Origin: Rhodocyclaceae bacterium
GTDB lineage: Bacteria; Pseudomonadota; Gammaproteobacteria; Burkholderiales; Rhodocyclaceae
Reading direction: 5' to 3'
Assembly (NCBI GenBank): GCA_018883385.1
Contig: VEQD01000003.1
Span: 10,799 to 74,798, forward strand
DNA length: 64,000 bases
Below are positions 1 through 8,049 of this stretch, piece after piece (within the stretch, counting starts at the first letter, position 1; each line of letters opens with the position of its first letter). The notes beneath the pieces were generated by a model that was given only the letters and a program-made list of their open reading frames with translations, did no database searches and was not told the DNA's origin. The position numbers were made by a program, and so were the translations under genes.

Positions 1-7
1 CGTCAAA

Positions 8-367
8 GTGGCTAATCACTGTTTTACGCCAGCAGATATTGAGGCTACGGCAGCAAAGCAGATAAAACGTTACTGGTCCTCGCCTGAAGAAGAGACGGAG
101 ATTATTCGTTGGGTTCGTACAGCCGATTTGAGCGATGCTGCGCCGGTAGATGTGCCCTGGGTCTGGACCGGATTTATCTTTCTTGCGGATGAAATGCTCA
201 GGCAGGGTCTGGGGAAAACACATTGCATCCAATGTGACCAAACGTACTCGGCAACGGCGCTCACTGCCGAGGACACGAAGCGCTCTGGGGTGTCCGGTCA
301 AAAGTGCCTGCGCTGCCCGGCGGGCCACACGGTTTTGGCATTCCAAAACAAGAAAACGCCATCGTGA
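8..367 (+). CDS. hypothetical protein with C-terminal putative zinc ribbon (may be 5'-truncated by the window edge)
   Basis: 119-aa ORF with CIQC...CLRCPAGH; the frame is open back to the window start. Confidence 0.55.
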   Translation: MANHCFTPADIEATAAKQIKRYWSSPEEETEIIRWVRTADLSDAAPVDVPWVWTGFIFLADEMLRQGLGKTHCIQCDQTYSATALTAEDTKRSGVSGQKCLRCPAGHTVLAFQNKKTPS

Positions 368-369
368 CT

Positions 370-807
370 TTAGCCCTGACCCAGAATCCTTTTGATGACG
401 GCGAGGTCTTTTAAGTACTCGGCATTGTCGAGGCGGCCCTCGGTCTGCGAAAAGTGATCCAGAAGGCTCACCATGGAATCGTGGAACTGCGTGTTGGCCT
501 GGACGGCAGACGTGATCTTATTGTAGAAGCAATCGAGAGATTCATGGTGCCCCTGTTTCTCAGCTTCGTGAACATAATCGACCAGGGTTCTTAATGCGGT
601 AACTTCGCCCGCGTTTTTCGAGGACTGGGCACTGACACGATTGTCATCGATGGTCGTCGAGAACCTGATCGCATTCGCAAACAAAGCATCAACAAGCGCA
701 TTGACTTCCTGTGCACTATGTTGCTCCGACTCCATAACCAACAACCAGGCGTTGCGATGAGCCTCCATCATGAAAGGGGCTGCTTTTTTTGCGATAGGTT
801 CACTCAT
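370..807 (-). CDS. hypothetical helical protein
   Basis: 145-aa ATG ORF, convergent with the 8..367 ORF; no recognised motif. Confidence 0.55.
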   Translation of the reverse strand: MSEPIAKKAAPFMMEAHRNAWLLVMESEQHSAQEVNALVDALFANAIRFSTTIDDNRVSAQSSKNAGEVTALRTLVDYVHEAEKQGHHESLDCFYNKITSAVQANTQFHDSMVSLLDHFSQTEGRLDNAEYLKDLAVIKRILGQG

Positions 808-905
808 GAATCACGGATTGAAGGTTGGGGGCCTTAGGGTGAAGGCCATTGAGTTAGGACGCAGATTTCTGTTACTTGAGGCGGACACTCAATATACATG
901 ACTGA

Positions 906-1991
906 TCAGGTATGTAGGTAGACCTGATCCGCCAGGCGTTTGGCGTCTTCGAGGAGTACGGGTGCGTTTTCCAACCCCGCTAAAAACCGCTCAGGGATGC
1001 CTGAAAGACCGGTTTGGGCTCCGGCCAGGGCGCCGGTCAAAATGGCCCGAGCCTGATTTTGGCCGCCGCCGTTAACGGCGTTGAGGACCGCCAACTCAAA
1101 GTTGTCTGCAAAGCGTGCCGCGAGGTAGTAGGCTGCAGGGAACTGGTGATAGACCGCGCAAGGCATGCCATAGACCAGGGACACTTTCCACGCCGGATTG
1201 ATATCGATGTCCGGATCGATGGCTGCGGCGGCAACATTCGATGGTGTCAAGAGCGCATCGGGCGAAGGGAAATTTCCAGATCTGAACGTTTCCTTCTGGC
1301 CGGTTTTGGGCGCCTGAAGATTCTCAGCGGTGACGGCATGAAAAGGGAGTTGACCGTTCTTGACACGCGCCATGAGCTTGCTGGACAAAGCCGTATCCAA
1401 TTTGTGCCCTTCGATGAGCATGCCCAGTACTGCCCCGTAAGCTACTGTCATGGCGACGACGGTGCCATCATTTTGGATCAAGAGCGTGTTTCGCATCACT
1501 GCCGATACCAGTGCCGTTGGCGTGAGGGCATACCGGACCGCAATTGCCAGCGTGCGTTCCGCCGCTTCGGTGGTATCGGCGTTGCCAGCGACCTCCCCCC
1601 AGGGCAGGCCCGCTTTGACCCGTAATTGCCAGGCCGCACGAATCGATTGGCTCGTGTAACCGCCCGGGCCGCTCATCGGCGTGCCATCAATAAGCGGAAA
1701 GAAGTCCTCGTCCATCCGTCGGCAAAAATCGGTTTCATCATAGTCGCCCGCGTCAACCAGTGAGCGTAGGGTCAGTGCCAGTAACAGCCCCGCTTGTGAG
1801 GATTGACCCGCATGCATACCCGCGTGATACCAACCCGGTTTGGGCGTTGTGTAATCGCTAATCCACGGCCCATAATTGGCGTGGAGCTCGTTCAGGTCGT
1901 AGTACCAGTGCGGCCCCAGTGCCAATGCATCGCCGATGAATGCCCCCATGATCGCGCCGACCACACGATCTTGTAATTGCCGTTCAGTCAT
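906..1991 (-). CDS. ADP-ribosylglycohydrolase family protein (crystallin J1/SelJ-like, divergent active site)
   Basis: N-terminal DRVVGAIMGAFIGDALALGPHWYYD and C-terminal AVNGGG...GALAGAQTGLSGIPERFL are typical of the ARH/DraG fold. Confidence 0.85.
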   Translation of the reverse strand: MTERQLQDRVVGAIMGAFIGDALALGPHWYYDLNELHANYGPWISDYTTPKPGWYHAGMHAGQSSQAGLLLALTLRSLVDAGDYDETDFCRRMDEDFFPLIDGTPMSGPGGYTSQSIRAAWQLRVKAGLPWGEVAGNADTTEAAERTLAIAVRYALTPTALVSAVMRNTLLIQNDGTVVAMTVAYGAVLGMLIEGHKLDTALSSKLMARVKNGQLPFHAVTAENLQAPKTGQKETFRSGNFPSPDALLTPSNVAAAAIDPDIDINPAWKVSLVYGMPCAVYHQFPAAYYLAARFADNFELAVLNAVNGGGQNQARAILTGALAGAQTGLSGIPERFLAGLENAPVLLEDAKRLADQVYLHT

Positions 1992-3335
1992 TCAAACAAC
2001 GCCCTGGGCTAACATCGCGTCGGCCACCTTGACGAACCCAGCGATGTTTGCGCCATCCACATAGCTCACCGATCCATCGGGGCGGGTTCCATAGTGCAGG
2101 CACGACTGGTGGATACCTCTCATGATTTCGTGCAGTCTCAGGTCGACCTCATCACTCGGCCATGAGAGCCGCATTGCATTCTGGCTCATCTCCAGGCCTG
2201 AGGTGGCAACGCCTCCGGCATTACAGGCTTTGCCCGGGGCATAGAGCACGCTTGCCTGTTCAAAAAGTTTGATCGCGTTTGCTGTACAGGGCATATTGGC
2301 ACCCTCAGCGACGCACTGTAATCCGTTCTTGATCAACAGACGGGCATCCATCTCATCCAGCTCGTTTTGGGTCGCGCAGGGCATGATGACATCTACGGGT
2401 ATCTGCCACGGTTTGGTGCCTGCGATGAATTGCGACCCTGTGACTTCTGCAAAATCACTGACGCGCCCATAGTCACGGTTTTTGATTTCCATCAGCCGAT
2501 TTAGTTTTTCAGGCGTAAACCCAGAGGCATCAAAAACGGTACCGCCCGAGTCAGAGACCGTGAGCACTTTTGCCCCAAGGCTCATGGCTTTTTCGACGGC
2601 ATGTTGCGCCACGTTGCCGGAGCCGGAGACAGCAACCCGCATGCCCGCCAGTGTTTTACCCGCATGATTCAGCATTTCTTCGGCAAAGTAGACCGTGCCA
2701 AAACCGGTGGCTTCAGGACGAATCAGCGAACCCCCAAACGATAATCCCTTGCCGGTAAAAACACAGTCCGCCTTATTGGCCAGTTTCTTCATCATGCCCG
2801 CCATGTAACCGATCTCTCGGCTACCGACACCGATATCGCCTGCGGGGACATCCGTATCCGAACCAATGTGACGATACAGCTCAGTCATGAATGCCTGACA
2901 AAAGCGCATCACCTCGGCATCACTACACCCTTTGGGGTCAAAATCAGCGCCGCCTTTGCCACCGCCCATGGGTAAGGTGGTCAGTGCGTTCTTGAACGTT
3001 TGTTCAAAGGCGAGAAACTTCAGTATCGACAGATTCACCGAAGGATGAAACCGGATACCGCCCTTGTAAGGCCCAATAGCCGAGCTGTGCTGAATTCGGT
3101 AACCACGATTGACGCGCACTGCACCTCGGTCATCGACCCAGGAAACGCGAAAAATGATGATTCGCTCCGGTTCAATCAGACGCTCTAGCAAACCGTGTTC
3201 GGTATATTGGGGGTGCGTCGCAATAAATGGCCAAAGACTCTCCATGACCTCAGCGACCGCTTGCAGATACTCCGGCTGTTCCGGATTGTGGCGCTTGATG
3301 TTTGCAATGAAACCGTCGAAATCCCGGTGCTTCAT
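1992..3335 (-). CDS. gdhA: NADP-specific glutamate dehydrogenase
   Basis: GPYKGGIRFHPSVN, GGGKGG, DVPAGDIGVG, RPEATG, GSGNVA and GANIAGF motifs; 447 aa. Confidence 0.97.
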   Translation of the reverse strand: MKHRDFDGFIANIKRHNPEQPEYLQAVAEVMESLWPFIATHPQYTEHGLLERLIEPERIIIFRVSWVDDRGAVRVNRGYRIQHSSAIGPYKGGIRFHPSVNLSILKFLAFEQTFKNALTTLPMGGGKGGADFDPKGCSDAEVMRFCQAFMTELYRHIGSDTDVPAGDIGVGSREIGYMAGMMKKLANKADCVFTGKGLSFGGSLIRPEATGFGTVYFAEEMLNHAGKTLAGMRVAVSGSGNVAQHAVEKAMSLGAKVLTVSDSGGTVFDASGFTPEKLNRLMEIKNRDYGRVSDFAEVTGSQFIAGTKPWQIPVDVIMPCATQNELDEMDARLLIKNGLQCVAEGANMPCTANAIKLFEQASVLYAPGKACNAGGVATSGLEMSQNAMRLSWPSDEVDLRLHEIMRGIHQSCLHYGTRPDGSVSYVDGANIAGFVKVADAMLAQGVV

Positions 3336-3465
3336 ATTTCATTTCCTCGCCAATAACTTCTTCCATTGTGCACCGTTCTAGTCAGAATTGGGAGGCTGAG
3401 TTTTTAGAGCGTCTGCACCGCGGGCAATCGTGGTTTGAGTTGTGACATTGAGCGGCATGGCCATG

Positions 3466-3487
3466 AAAAAGGCGCCCGAAGGCGCCT
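3466..3487 (-). terminator. rho-independent terminator after the glycine-zipper lipoprotein gene
   Basis: minus strand AGGCGCC-TTCG-GGCGCCT followed by a T run. Confidence 0.8.
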
Positions 3488-3507
3488 GGGTGTGTCTTTA
3501 GGGTCGA

Positions 3508-3801
3508 TTAGTTAGCCGGATTCGTGGTCGCCGACTTTTTACCCGCCTGATAGCCAGAGTTATATTCCGCCTGTTTTGATTTTTCGTATTGGTCGTAAAC
3601 GTAACCACCGGCGGCACCAACCACGGCACCCCCCAGCGCACCCCAGATTGGGTTGGCACCAGCGATGGCCACAATACCCGCACCGGCGGCTGCGCCAATG
3701 GCACCGCCCGAGAGAGTCCGTTGTTGCGTATCACTCATGCCGGAACATCCGGTTAGCGCGAGGGCGGCAACCGGAACCATTAGTAACGATTTTTTCATCA
3801 T
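3508..3801 (-). CDS. glycine-zipper lipoprotein (YMGG/OsmB-like)
   Basis: lipobox LALTGC, then GGAIGAAAGAG...GALGGAVVGAAGG. Confidence 0.8.
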   Translation of the reverse strand: MMKKSLLMVPVAALALTGCSGMSDTQQRTLSGGAIGAAAGAGIVAIAGANPIWGALGGAVVGAAGGYVYDQYEKSKQAEYNSGYQAGKKSATTNPAN

Positions 3802-3825
3802 CTTGACTTCTCCTGGTGGGGCCGA

Positions 3826-4191
3826 TTACTTAGCGGCCTTGCCGCAGGGAAAACGCTCACCGAGGAAACGCAGAATGCTGTCGGCGGCAGGATCCTTGGC
3901 GTATTTCGGGTGGGCATTGGCCCATTCCACGTACTTTTGGATGACTTCTTTGCGCGGCGGTGCAGGTTGTTTCACACAAACGAACTTGGGTGATTTGCGA
4001 TGCTGGCTAAAAACCAGATAGGTGTCATACACCGCTTGACCGTAGATTTCGCAAGTTGTAAATGTTTCGCTGTTGCTCGACGCGCAGTAGCTCACCAGTT
4101 CTTCGGTGCTCAATGCTTTGTTAGCGTGTGCGCCTGAGGCAAAGCCAAGGGTGAGGGCTGCGACGGCAGCGGTCAGAATCGTTTTTTTCAT
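3826..4191 (-). CDS. exported Rap1a/Tai-like immunity-family protein
   Basis: signal peptide MKKTILT...AHA; four-Cys pattern C...CEIY...VC..P...FPC; start moved to ATG 4191. Confidence 0.7.
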   Translation of the reverse strand: MKKTILTAAVAALTLGFASGAHANKALSTEELVSYCASSNSETFTTCEIYGQAVYDTYLVFSQHRKSPKFVCVKQPAPPRKEVIQKYVEWANAHPKYAKDPAADSILRFLGERFPCGKAAK

Positions 4192-4245
4192 GAGAGATTT
4201 TCCTTGTGTCTTAATAAGTTGAATCAAGTTCGAATCGATGTGGGG

Positions 4246-5508
4246 TTAGCGACGGCCACCACCGCCAAAGTGGCTGCCACCGCCGCCACCGCCGCCACCG
4301 CCAAAGTGACTGCCGCCACCACCGCCGAAATGATCGCCGCCGCCAAAGCTGGAGGTACGGCCACCACCAAAGCCACCGGGGTCACGGCTACCACCACCGG
4401 AACGTTCGCCGCCACCACCTCGCTCACCGCCGCCACCGGAGCGTTCACCACCCCCAAAGCTGCCGCCGCCGGAGCGACTACCGCCCCCACTCAAACCACC
4501 GTGATTCAGGCTTTGACGCAGATTGTCACGTTCGGCGTCACGGCTACCACCGCCGCCCAGGTTGCCGCCACCGCCGGAGCGTTCACCACCGCCAAAGCTG
4601 CCCCCGCCGCTGCGAGCGCCGCCGCTCAGGTTGTTGGCACGGCGTTGTGAGTCTGCCGACCAATTGCTGGTACCACTTCGGCTACCGCCGGACCAATTGT
4701 TATTGGTGTTGCGGTTGAAGTTGTTGAAGTTATTGTTGTTGACGGTGAGCGAATTGCCGCCACCCCAACCACCACCCCAGCCACCGCCACCCCAGTGGCA
4801 ACCACCCCACAGTGCTGCGCCCACGGCCATGCCGATGCCAAAGGAGAGGAGTGCCGTACCCGCCACATAGCCTGGTGGGTAGTAGGCATAAGGCGGATAG
4901 GCCGGATAAGGCCAGCCACCATAAACGGTGGTCGGGTTGTAGGTCGGGACGTAAACCACCTGCGGATTGGCCGGTTGAATGACGATGGGCTGGCCATTGC
5001 CACCACTCACCGTCTGCTGAGACGTCGAGGTCAGCGCCCCGGACTGCTGCGCCTTGGCGCGCAGGGTTTGGATGGCATTCATCACATCGGATTGCTGGGC
5101 GAGAACCGAGTCACCGAGTTCCTGCGTCCAGCTGAGTTGTGACCCCATCATGCCGAGCACCGGCGGGAATGAAACCAGCGATTTGACGCTTGGATCCCAG
5201 TTTTGCTGCTGCAGTGCCTGGTTGAGTGCATTGCCCGACAGGCGACTGTTGGTGCGTTGCCAGTTATAGGCTTCCGCGACCTCTAGGGGGTAGGTAGACG
5301 CCATCAGCACCTGGGCGACGAGCGGATCTGGGTAGAGGGCAATTGGGGCAACTAGGGCGGCCAGTTGTTCCTGGCTCATTTTCTGGGGTTGCTGCTGTTG
5401 TGCATCCTGCGCGTAGGCTGCAGGAATCACGGCGGGAAATGCAAGGGCAGCGGAAATCAGGCCGACCAGTAGTCGTGACGGTAGGTTAACCGAACGATGC
5501 TTCTGCAT
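4246..5508 (-). CDS. DUF3300 domain protein with Gly-rich C-terminal tail
   Basis: LVAPIALYPDPLVAQVLMASTYP, WDPSVKSL, IQPANPQVVYVPTYNP. Confidence 0.9.
   Translation of the reverse strand: MQKHRSVNLPSRLLVGLISAALAFPAVIPAAYAQDAQQQQPQKMSQEQLAALVAPIALYPDPLVAQVLMASTYPLEVAEAYNWQRTNSRLSGNALNQALQQQNWDPSVKSLVSFPPVLGMMGSQLSWTQELGDSVLAQQSDVMNAIQTLRAKAQQSGALTSTSQQTVSGGNGQPIVIQPANPQVVYVPTYNPTTVYGGWPYPAYPPYAYYPPGYVAGTALLSFGIGMAVGAALWGGCHWGGGGWGGGWGGGNSLTVNNNNFNNFNRNTNNNWSGGSRSGTSNWSADSQRRANNLSGGARSGGGSFGGGERSGGGGNLGGGGSRDAERDNLRQSLNHGGLSGGGSRSGGGSFGGGERSGGGGERGGGGERSGGGSRDPGGFGGGRTSSFGGGDHFGGGGGSHFGGGGGGGGGSHFGGGGRR
4249..4630 (-). repeat. low-complexity Gly/Ser/Arg coding repeats in the DUF3300 tail
   Basis: recurring ccgccacc/ccgccg units encoding GGGSFGGGERSGGG, GGSRD and SHFGGGG blocks. 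Confidence 0.8.
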
Positions 5509-5623
5509 AAAATCGCTCCAAGATGAAGTTTTTGCAGTTTAAACGATATTTGTGCCCGATATCTTGAAAATTGTCCGCAATGGGGTACAGTAATTACAGT
5601 CAGTTTTACTGAGGAGGTGGGTG

Positions 5624-5800
5624 ATGGAATATCAGATTCTGCTGAAGAAAGACTCGGGTTCAGATTGGGCGGTCGCGGTATCGGGGCTAATGTCGACTGA
5701 TGAGGTGCATCGTCATCTACGTGGCCTGCATGCCCAGCATCCGATGGGACGTGCTATGGCGGTTAACGTATTCGCTGGCAAACCGTATTTTGCTATTTAA
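5624..5800 (+). CDS. small hypothetical protein, 58 aa (below the ORF-track cutoff)
   Basis: RBS GAGGAGGT at 5611-5618; ATG 5624 to TAA 5800 reads MEYQILLKKDSGSDWAVAVSGLMSTDEVHRHLRGLHAQHPMGRAMAVNVFAGKPYFAI; terminator follows. Confidence 0.6.
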   Translation: MEYQILLKKDSGSDWAVAVSGLMSTDEVHRHLRGLHAQHPMGRAMAVNVFAGKPYFAI

Positions 5801-5861
5801 TAAGATCGCCGGCTTTGCGTGAAGCCGGATATTTGAGTCCTTCGAAGATTCAACAAACAAT

Positions 5862-5886
5862 GAGCCTGAAATAGGCTCTTTTTTTT
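5862..5886 (+). terminator. rho-independent terminator
   Basis: GAGCCT-GAAAT-AGGCTC followed by T8. Confidence 0.75.
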
Positions 5887-5940
5887 GCGGTGGTTTATGA
5901 TTCGGCACGCTTTGTTGTTCATTGTTGCCTTGAGGTTCAA

Positions 5941-6603
5941 ATGCGCTTTAAATTAATGACGTTACCGATGATCACCGCCCTCTTGTTGGCGGGTACCCCT
6001 ATCTTTGCGGCAGATAATGCCCCTGCCGAAGCGGGTGATCATAAGCTGACCGCTGCCGAGGTGGCAAAACAGCGTAAGGCCATTCTGGATATGCGCGACG
6101 CCACGTTAAAGCGTTTGTACAAGGCCAAACCAGCAACACGCAATGAGATCGCTAAGGCAGAAGGGTATGCTGTTTTTGATTCTAATCAGGCCAACGTCAT
6201 CTTGCTGGTTGCGGGCACCGGCTCTGGCGTCCTGGTGGATAACGCAACTGGCCAGCCCACATTTATGAAAATGCATCGTCTGGGTACGGGACCCGGGATT
6301 GGCTTCAAGAAGTACAAGCAGATTCTCGTCTTTAAGAGCCGTAAGGTACTGGATACGTTCAAAACGGTTGGTGCCGATGTCACGGCCAGCGGCGATGCGA
6401 CCTTTAAGGTGTCGGCGCACGGGGATGGCAAGGTGATGGATACGGCCGTCTCGTTTGATCCGATGATCTCGGTCTACCAGGTCACGGATAAGGGGATCTT
6501 GTTACAGGCCAACTGGGGCGGCATGGCCTATTTGCCTAATTCGGATCTGAACGACACCAAAGATACCAAAGATACGATTAAGCCCAACGAGGCAGGGAAG
6601 TAA
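5941..6603 (+). CDS. exported YSC84/SYLF-like lipid-binding protein
   Basis: signal peptide MRFKL...IFA; AEGYAVF, GTGSGVLVDN..G..TFMKM, GPGIG, VYQVTDKG; start at ATG 5941 with GAGG RBS. Confidence 0.75.
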   Translation: MRFKLMTLPMITALLLAGTPIFAADNAPAEAGDHKLTAAEVAKQRKAILDMRDATLKRLYKAKPATRNEIAKAEGYAVFDSNQANVILLVAGTGSGVLVDNATGQPTFMKMHRLGTGPGIGFKKYKQILVFKSRKVLDTFKTVGADVTASGDATFKVSAHGDGKVMDTAVSFDPMISVYQVTDKGILLQANWGGMAYLPNSDLNDTKDTKDTIKPNEAGK

Positions 6604-6633
6604 GCTGCCGGCACACCTTAACGGCTAGCGTCA

Positions 6634-6660
6634 CAGCTTGGGGCCTTTTGCCCCAAGCTG
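6634..6660. terminator. hairpin between convergent genes (probable terminator)
   Basis: CAGCTTGGGGC-CTTTT-GCCCCAAGCTG, 11-bp perfect stem. Confidence 0.7.
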
Positions 6661-6669
6661 CTTTCGGTT

Positions 6670-8040
6670 TTATGTTTGGTCTGATTGCGCCAGTTTTTCC
6701 TTGATGTCGGCCTGAACCGACAGGACGGCGCTTCGCAAGTCATAGTAGGCGGGTCGAATTCCGCTGGGTACCCAAAGTCGCCAGACGCGATGTTTAAGAT
6801 GCGCGATCTGTCCGAGAAGTTCTCCAAGCGCATCTGCCTGTTGTGCCTCGAGTGTTTGCACTTCAATACGGCGCAGCATGCTATAGCATTCCTCAATACT
6901 TAATTCGGCATGCGTTTTACGGTAGCTCGGAATAAAACCAATCAGCGGGATGAGAATTGCGCCAACCGCTAGAACATAAAACCAGATTTCATCAAAGAGA
7001 CTTGCCAGCCAGTAGGGTGTGTAACCCCAGAGAAAAGGCGTCCCTTCCTTATAAAAACGTTGAGCAACATCACTCTCGGGAACAGTTTGGTCGGTATAGG
7101 CTGGGAATCGTATCTCGCCGTTAAAGAGCGCCAAGCGGTGCGCGTCAATCTCGCGCGCTGCTTCAAGAAATAACAGCTGGTGCGCTGGGTGAAGGTTATT
7201 GGTTGTCAGGATTGAGACGGATGTTGCCACCATATTCACATCAAACTTGGGCGAGACCGGATTGAACTCCATGGATCCCTTGGGTAGGACGATGGGATGT
7301 AAATAGCGCCGTCTTTTGCTGTAGGCATCCGATAACTGAAAATCGAAGGTATGAATTCCTGGGGTATCTAAGAGTTGCCGCAGGTTTTTAGATTCTATGC
7401 CTGCTACCAGAAACATGGCGTCTATTTTTCCTTTACTCAGCGCATCGATGCTGTCTTTAGTTGAGAGCCCAAAAAAATTGCTGGCGTCTGAATCGATACG
7501 GTGTAACTGCAGGATCGTCTCAGCCAATGTGCGGGTCCCGCTCCCCTGGACATTGATGGATACACGACGCTGATTGAGGAACTCGTTGAGACTCTCCGAT
7601 TGACTTAACTCGGAGCCACGGTAAAAAAGCCACAATGGTTGATAGGCGATAGAGCCGAGCGAGCGAATTTTTTCATCAGGATCGTCTATTTTCAGCCCGC
7701 CTTGGGAAAAAGCCACATCGACTTCGCCACGATTCAGTCGTTGATTGTTTTCGAGTGCGCCAGCGGTTTGAATCAATTCAAGCTCGATGCCCTCGCGTTT
7801 GAAAAAAGCCTGATACTGCTCACCGATCACCTGAAACGTTGAGTTGGGTTGGCCGGTAGCCATGCGTATTTTGGAAGGGGGAATGGGTCTTACGATATAG
7901 GCTAGTATTATCAAAGCGATAATGCCGGGCAAAATGTAATACCAGTTGTTAGTCAGGAAAGACCATAAAGCAAGCAACTCTTCCACGAAGATTTCGCGAT
8001 AGTTTTTACTGGCTCTTGGGGGGATTTGGGGCCTTTTCAT
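6670..8040 (-). CDS. membrane-anchored TAXI (TRAP-type) substrate-binding-domain protein with second TM helix and C-terminal helical tail
   Basis: PIPPSKIRMATG, TAGALEN, VDVAFSQGG, SLGSIAYQPLWLFYR, GSGT, LHPAHQ; hydrophobic helices on both sides of the domain. Confidence 0.8.
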   Translation of the reverse strand: MKRPQIPPRASKNYREIFVEELLALWSFLTNNWYYILPGIIALIILAYIVRPIPPSKIRMATGQPNSTFQVIGEQYQAFFKREGIELELIQTAGALENNQRLNRGEVDVAFSQGGLKIDDPDEKIRSLGSIAYQPLWLFYRGSELSQSESLNEFLNQRRVSINVQGSGTRTLAETILQLHRIDSDASNFFGLSTKDSIDALSKGKIDAMFLVAGIESKNLRQLLDTPGIHTFDFQLSDAYSKRRRYLHPIVLPKGSMEFNPVSPKFDVNMVATSVSILTTNNLHPAHQLLFLEAAREIDAHRLALFNGEIRFPAYTDQTVPESDVAQRFYKEGTPFLWGYTPYWLASLFDEIWFYVLAVGAILIPLIGFIPSYRKTHAELSIEECYSMLRRIEVQTLEAQQADALGELLGQIAHLKHRVWRLWVPSGIRPAYYDLRSAVLSVQADIKEKLAQSDQT

Positions 8041-8049
8041 GGATGTTGT

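Noticed and set aside
3369-3420. Two TGCACC half-sites upstream of gdhA suggesting NtrC binding
   Set aside because: Neither has the matching GGTGCA half at the right spacing
4249-4630. Repetitive DNA that might be a CRISPR array or non-coding tandem repeat
   Set aside because: Irregular in-frame Gly codon runs within DUF3300; no constant repeat-spacer period and no cas genes
4204-4650. Ala/Thr-rich and Pro-rich plus-strand ORFs over the DUF3300 tail
   Set aside because: Alternative-frame readings of the Gly repeat region
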